From Candidatus Onthoplasma sp. (GTDB lineage: Bacteria; Bacillota; Clostridia; Christensenellales; UBA1242), in assembly GCA_045126575.1 (NCBI GenBank), contig JBGVOQ010000017.1, positions 26,555 through 90,554 on the forward strand: a DNA stretch of 64,000 nucleotides. Direction: 5' to 3'. This document shows, one piece after another, positions 55,598 to 64,000 of this stretch (positions are counted from its first letter, which is position 1; the number at the start of each line of letters is the position of its first letter). The notes beneath the pieces are model-generated. The model did no database searches, was not told the origin of the DNA, and worked only from the letters and a program-made list of their open reading frames with translations. Both the position numbers and the translations under genes were made by a program.

Positions 55598-56941
55598 CTA
55601 TTGGCTATACCAAGAATTATTTAGCACCTGCTTGCCACTTTCTGCTTGTTTACACATTTCCAACCTATTAGTTTTAAACCATTCGGTGTCTTTTAATACT
55701 AATGTATTATTACTGCAGTAAACACTCATTTCAGTATCTTCCTTTTTAGCCATTACAACAATATTGCCATTAAATGATGTAAACTTTCCGGCATCATAAT
55801 CAATGCAAAGTGTTGTTACATAAACCTGTGTGGTAAATTGCGATACATTATTTATAAATTCCTTAGTTGGAAATTGGTTGGCTACAGCATTGGTATACTC
55901 GTTGCTTCCAGCGCAGCAGCATACGCAAACAATCTTAGGATTGATTATATTTAAAAAGTCCATTGATGAAGATGTTTTGCTGCCGTGATGACCCGCTTTG
56001 TATAATTCTACTCTAAAATTTTGACTATGTAGCACGGGATTTTGGGCTTGCTCTATTAACTTTTCCTCACCTTCAATTTCAAGGTCGCCTGTAAATATGA
56101 AATATTTATTACCCTGATTTAAAAGTGTACAAACCGAATAATCGTTTTCGTGACCATCATTAGCATAGTAATAATTATCCAATATTTGTAAATTAATATT
56201 ATTTGCCGCATCTAACTCGATTTTACCATCAGTGTATGTTTGCAACACTTCAGTCGCTGTATAGTGAACCGGTTTTTGTCCGGCCCTCGCACCCTTAATT
56301 AGCGTAGTATTTAATTCCGCAGTTAACTCCCTGTTAAAGTTAGCATACAAGGTGCTAGTAGAAGTTGTTGTTTCTGCATAAGACACAATACCCAACTTTG
56401 AAATATGCTCCTTATTTGAAACGGTTTCATCTAAATATGTTGTAGGCATCTTTTGATTAGTGGTCGAAAACGTAATAATTGTTTCGCATTCAAACAAATC
56501 AAAAATACTATCTACCTTTGCGCTTGTTGCAAACCCCGCATAGTGGTCTTGATGGGCGTGTGTTACAATAACATATTCCAACACGCCATCTGTTACATAT
56601 TTGTTTGAATAATTGCTAACTGTTGCCACGCTATTAGATTTAGAACCACAGTCAATCAAAATATCTATATTTTCTCCAACTTTGATGTAAGTGCAATCAC
56701 CTGTGTACTTGTTGCCCAATTCCAAAAAGTGCACCGCAACAGCACCAGGTTCCGCCTGCTGAACTCCTTCGGCAACCGAAACGGTCGTATCATCACCTGA
56801 TAATGAGTAAAATACATTATCATTATGTACTAATTCCTCATTATGTGGAAGTGTAAAGTAGGTAAGTCCGCCTATTCCAGCAATAATACCCACACAAAAC
56901 ATTATTATTGATAAAAATGTTACTAATGCTTTATTTTTCAT
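55598..56941 (-). CDS. Membrane-anchored MBL-fold metallo-hydrolase (ComEC C-terminal-domain-like)
   Basis: N-terminal TM helix, HxHxDH motif (THAHQDHYAG), and a later GHHGS. Confidence 0.75.
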   Translation of the reverse strand: MKNKALVTFLSIIMFCVGIIAGIGGLTYFTLPHNEELVHNDNVFYSLSGDDTTVSVAEGVQQAEPGAVAVHFLELGNKYTGDCTYIKVGENIDILIDCGSKSNSVATVSNYSNKYVTDGVLEYVIVTHAHQDHYAGFATSAKVDSIFDLFECETIITFSTTNQKMPTTYLDETVSNKEHISKLGIVSYAETTTSTSTLYANFNRELTAELNTTLIKGARAGQKPVHYTATEVLQTYTDGKIELDAANNINLQILDNYYYANDGHENDYSVCTLLNQGNKYFIFTGDLEIEGEEKLIEQAQNPVLHSQNFRVELYKAGHHGSKTSSSMDFLNIINPKIVCVCCCAGSNEYTNAVANQFPTKEFINNVSQFTTQVYVTTLCIDYDAGKFTSFNGNIVVMAKKEDTEMSVYCSNNTLVLKDTEWFKTNRLEMCKQAESGKQVLNNSWYSQ

Positions 56942-56952
56942 ATTTCACCTCC

Positions 56953-57495
56953 CTAATCCACTACGCTATCTGGCGTGCTTTCCACAAATGTTATAAGCCT
57001 TATACGCTGCACCGTGAAAATTTTGCCATACTTTATATCGTTTACTTTGTAAATTATGTAATATGTTCCAACTTCGTCCGCATAATATCCACCATCAGAA
57101 TGCTGTTTTAGGTCGGTTTCGATATATACATCCTTGCTAATATCTCTACCAAATGATACAACCTTAACACCTTCATCATAATAGATATTGTTAGAGCCAA
57201 ATTCTGTTACGTCCTCATCTCTAAGCGTTAAAGTTATTTCGTCCATTCCAATAAGTTGGAAACAGTCCTTACGTGATACAATCCAGCATACGCCCAAACC
57301 AATAGCACCACCAATAAGCGTTACAAGTAATATTATTAAGATTGCTTTAAATCCAATCTTTTTTACCTCTTTGTTTATACGTTTGGTTGTTTTTTTCTTA
57401 GTTGAACGTGTGGCTTTACCATTTCTATCCTCTGGAGCATCCCAACCCCAATTTATCTTAGCTTTTGTTTTTACCTTCTTTTGTTGTTTTTCCAT
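56953..57495 (-). CDS. Membrane-anchored protein with Ig-like (DUF5011-like) ectodomain, hypothetical
   Basis: Basic N-terminus, one TM helix, beta-rich C-terminus (GTYYIIYKVND). Low-confidence domain guess. Confidence 0.45.
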   Translation of the reverse strand: MEKQQKKVKTKAKINWGWDAPEDRNGKATRSTKKKTTKRINKEVKKIGFKAILIILLVTLIGGAIGLGVCWIVSRKDCFQLIGMDEITLTLRDEDVTEFGSNNIYYDEGVKVVSFGRDISKDVYIETDLKQHSDGGYYADEVGTYYIIYKVNDIKYGKIFTVQRIRLITFVESTPDSVVD

Positions 57496-57685
57496 AAAGC
57501 CTCCTTATGCTTATATTTTAGCATAGTTAATGTTGATTTTCCTAACAATTATAAAAATTTGTATATATTGATTCTTTCAACTAGAACATTCGACAAAAAA
57601 TACTTAAAATGTTGTGCTATACACCTATCTATCATTTGTCATTTTTTTAAATTTGTGTTATACTCCTAATTATAACGGAGGATTT

Positions 57686-58546
57686 ATGAACAAAATTTTA
57701 ATAACAGCTGAGGATATGAGCGATTTAACTCCCGAACTTTGTAAACTATACAATATTGAAACAATTGCTATGAATTTAATTGTTGACGGCGTTGAATATA
57801 ATACAAAAGCTAATCCAATTTCAAGTCAGGATTTTTATAAGGCAATGCGTGCCGACAAAAAGGTTAGCACTAGCCTTGTTAACGAGTTTGATGCAAAAAA
57901 CTTTTTGGAGGACAAACTAAATGCAGGATATGATGTGGTACATATTGGATTTAGCCGTAACCTTAGCGGAACCTACAATAACTTCGTATCTGCTAGTGAA
58001 CAATTAAAGGAAGTTTATGGTAACCGTATACGCATTGTGGATAGTTTAACTGCTTGTGTTGGTCAAGGCCTAAACGCAATCCTAGCAAGCGAGTACAATG
58101 ACGGAACAAAGTCATTAGACGAAGTTGCAAACTATGCTAAAGAAATTAGCACCCATATCACACACTTATTTATTGTTGATAGTTTAAAATATCTTGCACG
58201 TACAGGACGTATTAGCAAACTTACAGCAGGTATTGGAACATTACTTCAAATTAAACCTGTGCTACATGCTGACGACGATGGCCGACTTACTAATCTTCAA
58301 AAAGTTATCAGCCGTAAAAAATCTATTCAGGTTTTAGCACAAAAAGTTGCCGAAACTAAAAACGATTTGTGTGACAAAATTTTTGTAGCACATGCCGACT
58401 GTATTGATGACGCAACAACTCTTGCAAGTTTACTAGAAAGCAAGTTAAATATCAAACCTCAGATTTTGGATATTGGCGTTATTATTGGCTCACATTCAGG
58501 CCCTGGAACATTGGCAGTTTTCTATACTTCAGATAAAAGAATTTAA
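57686..58546 (+). CDS. DegV family fatty-acid-binding protein
   Basis: ILITAEDMSDL start, SGTYN, GRISKLTAGIGTLLQIKPVL, HSGPGTLAVF. Start at ATG 57686 after GGAGG. Confidence 0.88.
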   Translation: MNKILITAEDMSDLTPELCKLYNIETIAMNLIVDGVEYNTKANPISSQDFYKAMRADKKVSTSLVNEFDAKNFLEDKLNAGYDVVHIGFSRNLSGTYNNFVSASEQLKEVYGNRIRIVDSLTACVGQGLNAILASEYNDGTKSLDEVANYAKEISTHITHLFIVDSLKYLARTGRISKLTAGIGTLLQIKPVLHADDDGRLTNLQKVISRKKSIQVLAQKVAETKNDLCDKIFVAHADCIDDATTLASLLESKLNIKPQILDIGVIIGSHSGPGTLAVFYTSDKRI

Positions 58547-58792
58547 CTTAAAAAACAAAAAATAAAAGGCAAAATGTCTTTTATTTTTTTATTTATAAAT
58601 TATTAATTAAAAATTATAAAAATAATAATTTGAAAATCAAAAATTAATTTAAATAAATTATTTTTACACGATTAAAGCACTTATTTATAGTATGGTATGT
58701 TTATTATTTAATTTATTTAATATTTTAATTATTTAATAAATTTTAAAATTTTTATTTAATTAATTTCACATTTAATTTATTACATATTAATA

Positions 58793-60484
58793 TTATTTTA
58801 ATTTATTTTTAAATTCATTACACATGTATTTTGATTCCTGCGCCACCTGTAAAGCTTGAGCATTTTCGCCAACACCCATAAGTCTTGCAATTTCAAAATA
58901 CAATTCTCTATCACGTATTTCAGTAAGCCTTGTATGAGTAGTGGTATCACTATATTTTTCAACCCTAAAATTCGTATCAGCCATACTTGCAAGTTGTGGC
59001 AAATGCGATATTGTAATAACTTGCTTATGTCGTGAAAGTTTTGTCAAACATTCTGCAACAACGCTTGCCATTTTTCCACTTAGCCCGGTATCAATTTCAT
59101 CAAAAATCAATGTGTCAATTTCATCTAAATCCGCAACAACAATTTTGTATGCTAACATAAATCTGCTTAACTCGCCACCTGACGCAACCTTGGCAAGCGG
59201 CTTGCATTCAAACCCAAGGTTAGCCGAAAACATAAACTCAACCCAGTCTTGACCTTTGCGAGTATATTGTTCGCTACGCTTAGTTAGGTTGATTTTTACG
59301 CTCGCATTTGGCATACCCAACAACTCAATTTCTTTTTGAATCTTGCTAGCAAAATCAATTGAATTTTTTGTTCTAATTTCAGTTATCTTGTTTTGAATAT
59401 TTGCAATATCGTTAAGCAATTTATCCTGACCAATCATTAATTCACGATGTCGTGCTTCGCTGTTAATTAGGTTATCTAGTTTGGCGCTAATTTCGTCATA
59501 ATACTTAATCATTGAGTCGTAGTCGCCACCATACTTTCTAAACAAATCCTTAATATAGTCCGCACGCTCATCAAGTTGTCTAAGTGCATCCGCATCAAAA
59601 CTTCCGCTAGACATATACTCCGAAATAGTCTTAGAAATGTCGTCCAATTCCACTACAACACTTTCGATACGATTACTTAGCTCTGCATATTTTTCACCAA
59701 ATTCTTGCAACAAAATCATTTGTTTGCTTGCCTCCGAAACCAGGTCAACCGCTGGTGTCGTGTAAGCATTTTCAGCCAAACACTTATAACTTTCCTGCAA
59801 TCGTTCGGCAATTTTTTCGTACGATTTCATTTCCTTAATTTGCTGCAAAATATCCTCGTATTCACCTTGCTTAATGTTTGCCAAATCTATTTCATTAATT
59901 TGGTAGTTGTACAAGTCAATTAGATTTTGTTTTTGTTCCAGATTCCCACCCAGCATATCTAACTGCATTTTCACTTCATTTAACTCATCAATCAATGAAT
60001 TCAACTTTTCCAAATAAGGAGTTATTTCACCCTTTGAAAACATATCAAGAATATCCAACTGATATTCGTTATCCATCAACGATTGATGTTCGTGTTGACC
60101 ATGAATATCAATTAGTCGACTGCTAACCTTCTTTAAAATAGTAGTATTTACGCTTTCGTTGTTAATTTTACACACAGTTTTGCCACTATCGTAATACTCA
60201 CGTGTTATAACCAACTCATCATCAACATCTATGCCTGTAAGTTCCTTGATATATGAAGCCACACCTCTCCCAAGGCTGTCAAAAAAGGCATCGACACGCA
60301 TACTGTCGGCACCTTCTCGAAGTAACGTTTTATCAAGTCGGTCGCCAAACACAAAGCCCATAGCATTAAGCATAATACTTTTACCTGAGCCTGTTTCGCC
60401 ACTTATAACGTTTAAACGGTTGTCAAACCTTATATCCAAACTTTCAATTAACGCCACATTTTTTATTTTTAAATTAACTAACAT
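58793..60484 (-). CDS. recN: DNA repair protein RecN
   Basis: Walker A GETGSGKS, long coiled-coil, signature GGELSR, Walker B LIFDEIDTG. Confidence 0.93.
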   Translation of the reverse strand: MLVNLKIKNVALIESLDIRFDNRLNVISGETGSGKSIMLNAMGFVFGDRLDKTLLREGADSMRVDAFFDSLGRGVASYIKELTGIDVDDELVITREYYDSGKTVCKINNESVNTTILKKVSSRLIDIHGQHEHQSLMDNEYQLDILDMFSKGEITPYLEKLNSLIDELNEVKMQLDMLGGNLEQKQNLIDLYNYQINEIDLANIKQGEYEDILQQIKEMKSYEKIAERLQESYKCLAENAYTTPAVDLVSEASKQMILLQEFGEKYAELSNRIESVVVELDDISKTISEYMSSGSFDADALRQLDERADYIKDLFRKYGGDYDSMIKYYDEISAKLDNLINSEARHRELMIGQDKLLNDIANIQNKITEIRTKNSIDFASKIQKEIELLGMPNASVKINLTKRSEQYTRKGQDWVEFMFSANLGFECKPLAKVASGGELSRFMLAYKIVVADLDEIDTLIFDEIDTGLSGKMASVVAECLTKLSRHKQVITISHLPQLASMADTNFRVEKYSDTTTHTRLTEIRDRELYFEIARLMGVGENAQALQVAQESKYMCNEFKNKLK

Positions 60485-60499
60485 TTGTATTGTCCTTTG

Positions 60500-61051
60500 T
60501 TACACCGTTAAATCAGCAGTCTTTGTTTTAGACACACTTTCTATATAAATCCCTTTATCAAATCCCCCTAATTTTTCACGCATTGTTTTACGCATTTCTT
60601 CCACTTTAGCAAACGACAATTCGTGAGTTTCCACTAGATTACGGAGCGAAACAAGCATATCATTTAACTGGTCTTTTACCGCTTCCGTTCTCATAGGTAT
60701 CAATTCATAAAATTTTTGAATTAAGTCAGTCCTTGCCTCATGCAATTTGCTTTTTGACGGCGAAAGATTCTTGTACCAATCCAAGGCTTGTTGCTTTTTA
60801 TCCGAAAGGTTGTTTTTAAATTTAGTTTTGGTAATTGTCATTAATGTTGTTACAACCTCCACCATATCGGCATAAGTAACCTGCAATTTTTGAGGATTGT
60901 TATTTCCCAACGTTTGCTTATACCTCGACAAAAACAATGAATATAACTGAACTTTATATTCTTTACCTTTTAATTTTTTGCCTTTAACACCATAGCCTTG
61001 CACTTTATACATCTCGGCAGCATTGTTTCGACTTAATTCTTTAATTTCCAT
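60500..61051 (-). CDS. Hypothetical 183-aa protein encoded immediately after recA
   Basis: Its ATG directly abuts the recA stop (TAG|ATG). Lys-rich and helical-looking. No RecX or other motif recognised. Confidence 0.55.
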   Translation of the reverse strand: MEIKELSRNNAAEMYKVQGYGVKGKKLKGKEYKVQLYSLFLSRYKQTLGNNNPQKLQVTYADMVEVVTTLMTITKTKFKNNLSDKKQQALDWYKNLSPSKSKLHEARTDLIQKFYELIPMRTEAVKDQLNDMLVSLRNLVETHELSFAKVEEMRKTMREKLGGFDKGIYIESVSKTKTADLTV

Positions 61052-62035
61052 CTACATTTTCTCTCTTATTAATTTTTCAATTTCATCCGCTATTTCAGGA
61101 TTGTTGTGCAAATAATTAATAACATTATCACGGCCTTGACCTATTTTTGCGCCGTTGTAGCTAAACCAAGAACCGCTTTTTTCTACAATATTGAATTCGA
61201 TTGCCATATCTAGCAAGCAACCCAACATTGAAATACCTTCGCCATACATAATGTCAAATTCAGCTTGTTTAAATGGCGGAGCCACCTTATTTTTAACCAC
61301 TTTAACACGTGTACGGCTACCCACCATATCTTGTCCACTCTTAAGAGTTTCCACCTTTCTAACATCCATACGGACACTTGAGTAGAACTTTAACGCCTTA
61401 CCACCAGGAGTTGTTTCAGGTGAACCAAACATAACACCTACTTTTTCACGTAATTGGTTGATAAATATAACTAAGGTATTGCTCTTTGATATACCTGAAG
61501 TCAATTTTCTTAATGCCTGACTCATAAGTCTTGCTTGAAGACCGATAAAACTATCACCCATTTCGCCATCAATTTCAGCCTTTGGAGTAAGTGCCGCAAC
61601 TGAGTCAACTACCACAATATCAACACCGCCACTACGAACCAATTGCTCGGTAATTTCAAGCGCTTGTTCGCCTGTATCGGGTTGAGATACGTATAAATTA
61701 TTGATATCAACACCTAATTTACTAGCATAGTTAGGGTCAAGAGCATGCTCTGCATCAATAAATGCCGCAACACCGCCCAACTTTTGTGCTTCAGCTATTA
61801 CGTGAAGAGCAACTGTTGTTTTACCTGAAGATTCTGGTCCGTATATTTCAATAATCCTTCCTCTAGGAAGTCCACCAACACCCAAAGCGTAATCTAAAGT
61901 CAAACAACCTGTTGGGATTACTTCAATATCCTTGTTAGCCTCTTCATCCATCTTGATAATTGAGCCCTTACCAAATTGCTTTTCGATTTGTAAAATAACT
62001 TGGCTAAGAACTTTTTGTTTTTCCTCTCTATCCAT
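61052..62035 (-). CDS. recA: Recombinase RecA
   Basis: Walker [29 protein letters not shown]2 region [20 protein letters not shown]. Confidence 0.97.
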   Translation of the reverse strand: MDREEKQKVLSQVILQIEKQFGKGSIIKMDEEANKDIEVIPTGCLTLDYALGVGGLPRGRIIEIYGPESSGKTTVALHVIAEAQKLGGVAAFIDAEHALDPNYASKLGVDINNLYVSQPDTGEQALEITEQLVRSGGVDIVVVDSVAALTPKAEIDGEMGDSFIGLQARLMSQALRKLTSGISKSNTLVIFINQLREKVGVMFGSPETTPGGKALKFYSSVRMDVRKVETLKSGQDMVGSRTRVKVVKNKVAPPFKQAEFDIMYGEGISMLGCLLDMAIEFNIVEKSGSWFSYNGAKIGQGRDNVINYLHNNPEIADEIEKLIREKM

Positions 62036-62065
62036 AATTACTTCCTTTTAAATTAGCGCTAAATA

Positions 62066-62650
62066 CTATTTAGAACTAATAACTTGCTTGTTTTTCACTA
62101 TATAGTTTACCCCAGAAATCACAGTTAATACTGTTGATAAACCAATTAATACATAACAAACTATTGCAAAAATATCTAAACCTAATGTTCCTTGAACTTT
62201 TGTTACTCCATTTAGGAATGCCAACAAGATACATAATGGCATTGTCCAGCATTGAACCATAGTTTTTGCCTTACCAAAAATATCTGCAGCCATAACAATT
62301 CCTTTAGTTGAAGCAATTAGTCTAAATGCATCTATAATAAGCTCCCTACTAATAATAATTGCAAGAACAATTAATCCCCATGGTGCAGGAATTGTTCCGT
62401 CAACAACAATCATAATTAGTGTTGTTATAACCAACAATTTATCCGCAATTGGGTCCAAAAATTTTCCTAGGTCGGTTACTAGATTGTACTTACGTGCAAT
62501 ATAACCATCCAAAAAGTCAGTCGCTGCCGCAATTACAAACAATGCTAGTGCTATAATCTTGCCAAATGGTATAGCATCAACCATATAGCAAACCATAACC
62601 ATAGGTATCATAATAACTCTTAAAACTGTTAATTTGTTAGGTAGATTCAT
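62066..62650 (-). CDS. pgsA: CDP-diacylglycerol--glycerol-3-phosphate 3-phosphatidyltransferase
   Basis: CDP-alcohol phosphatidyltransferase motif DFLDGYIARK....G.FLDPIADK. Confidence 0.9.
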   Translation of the reverse strand: MNLPNKLTVLRVIMIPMVMVCYMVDAIPFGKIIALALFVIAAATDFLDGYIARKYNLVTDLGKFLDPIADKLLVITTLIMIVVDGTIPAPWGLIVLAIIISRELIIDAFRLIASTKGIVMAADIFGKAKTMVQCWTMPLCILLAFLNGVTKVQGTLGLDIFAIVCYVLIGLSTVLTVISGVNYIVKNKQVISSK

Positions 62651-62952
62651 TTAATCTCCTCCTTTTATTATACTTATATCATAACAAACAAATTAAAATT
62701 TTACAAACATTTTTGACACGTTGCACCATAAAATTTTTAAAACACACATATCCAACAAACTTCAAAAAGTTTATACAACTAAAACAATCACCTATTTAAT
62801 AGACGATTTTAGATAATTGGCATAATTTATCAATAGTATCATTACTCCGTGTTTCAAAAGATTTGTATGTTATATAAATCGCTTGACAGATTATTTTATT
62901 TTATTTATTATATTAGTTATATAATACCAATGACATATTAAAGGAGAGTTTT

Positions 62953-63843
62953 ATGGCCAAAGTTGGCGTAGTTACTGATAATAGTTGCGGATTAACAATT
63001 GAGGAATGTAAAAATTTAGGAATAGGATTAACATTTATACCTTTTCTTATAAATGGTGAAGAATTTAGTGAGAACCGAAACCTTACTAAGGAACTTTTTT
63101 TTGAAAAATTAAACAGTTCCGCAAGCGTTTCAACATCTCAACCTAGCATTCAAGCCGTAAAAGATGCATGGGACGAAGCATTGAAACAATATGATGAAAT
63201 TGTATACATTCCTTTATCAAGCGGTTTAAGTTCAGGATATCAATCCGCAGAATTTTCTAGTTCTGAATATAATGGCAAAGTTCAAGTGGTTAACAATAAG
63301 CGTGTATCTGTTACACTTAAAGCCGCAGTGCTTGAAGCTTTAGAACTTGTTAAGACTGAAAAATCTGCCAAAGAAATAAAACAAATTTTGGAAGGCTCTG
63401 CAAACAATTCTAGCATTTATATCACGGTTCCAACTCTTAAATATTTAAAAAAGGGTGGACGTATCACAGCAGCAGCTGCCGCAATCGGCTCATTACTTAG
63501 CATAAAACCTGTATTACAAATACAAGGTGATAAGCTTGATGCTTATGCAAAGGTGCTAACAATTAAGCAAGCAAAATCAAAAATGATTAATGCAATTAAA
63601 AAAGATATTGAAACCCGTTTTAACAAAATTCGTACTAATGAAAAAGTTATTGTATCACTTGCTCACACATGTCAAAATGAAGAAGATTTTGAAGAATTTA
63701 AACTTGAAGTAGCTCAACAATTAAGCGGATATACCATCAAGTTTACCGACCATTTACCACTTGCAATTGCCTGTCACATTGGCCCAGGAGCATTAGCGGT
63801 TGCATGTTCAGTGGTTGATGAAAAAGTTGTTAAAAATTATTAA
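62953..63843 (+). CDS. DegV family fatty-acid-binding protein (second paralog)
   Basis: VVTDNSCGL, SGLSSGYQS, GGRITAAAAAIGSLLSIKPVL, HIGPGALAV. AAGGAG RBS. Confidence 0.88.
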   Translation: MAKVGVVTDNSCGLTIEECKNLGIGLTFIPFLINGEEFSENRNLTKELFFEKLNSSASVSTSQPSIQAVKDAWDEALKQYDEIVYIPLSSGLSSGYQSAEFSSSEYNGKVQVVNNKRVSVTLKAAVLEALELVKTEKSAKEIKQILEGSANNSSIYITVPTLKYLKKGGRITAAAAAIGSLLSIKPVLQIQGDKLDAYAKVLTIKQAKSKMINAIKKDIETRFNKIRTNEKVIVSLAHTCQNEEDFEEFKLEVAQQLSGYTIKFTDHLPLAIACHIGPGALAVACSVVDEKVVKNY

Positions 63844-64000
63844 TAATAATTAATTAAAAAATATTAAGAAATTAATTATAAATACATATTTATTATCGGT
63901 AATATGCTTTAAAGTAGCGTATTGTCGATTTTTTATATATTTTTATATTTATCGATAATTAATATAAATATATAATATTATTTTATTAAATTAACTTTAT

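Overview
AT-rich chromosomal segment that looks like a low-GC, spore-forming Firmicute. This is inferred from CwlD-, PdaB- and SpoIVB-like genes, DUF378/YjzC small proteins and sigma-A type promoters. All calls rest on motifs I recognised by eye; no searches were run. Most of the window is tightly packed housekeeping DNA, mainly on the minus strand: ftsK, argS, prfB, gyrA, gyrB, metG, dtd, dnaB-type helicase, typA, tsaD, dut, recN, recA and pgsA. On the plus strand are a heterodimeric ABC exporter pair, nrnA, signal peptidase I, HU and two DegV genes. There are three tRNA genes: Arg-ACG at 14407, Arg-TCG at 25674 and Ser-TGA at 49252-49339 on the minus strand. I saw no rRNA, CRISPR array, transposase or integrase. 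Main hunt results: (1) A conserved ~110-nt hairpin-rich module lies just downstream of tRNA-Arg(ACG) (14546-14671, plus a truncated tandem copy) and tRNA-Ser (49073-49199). The body is conserved with compensatory hairpin changes. At each locus the 5' end is antisense to the neighbouring tRNA T-loop/T-stem and the 3' end is a sense copy of that tRNA's 3' end through CCA. (2) An integrase-less, visibly more AT-rich ~2.7-kb islet at tRNA-Ser is bounded by ~55-bp direct repeats. It carries an overlapping small-membrane-peptide plus 371-aa gene pair, a nucleoside 2-deoxyribosyltransferase-like gene, an iteron-like TTAGACA array and a ~310-nt structured non-coding stretch. (3) Next to the islet is a 356-aa protein with two IRNSxAHG (Rx4H, HEPN-type) motifs. 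(4) A dense DnaA-box cluster sits at 7137-7266, and DnaA-box palindromes double as terminator hairpins around a 135-aa orphan gene upstream of gyrB. (5) A tRNA-Arg(TCG) plus dehydrogenase cassette is bracketed by repeated GCACCC motifs.
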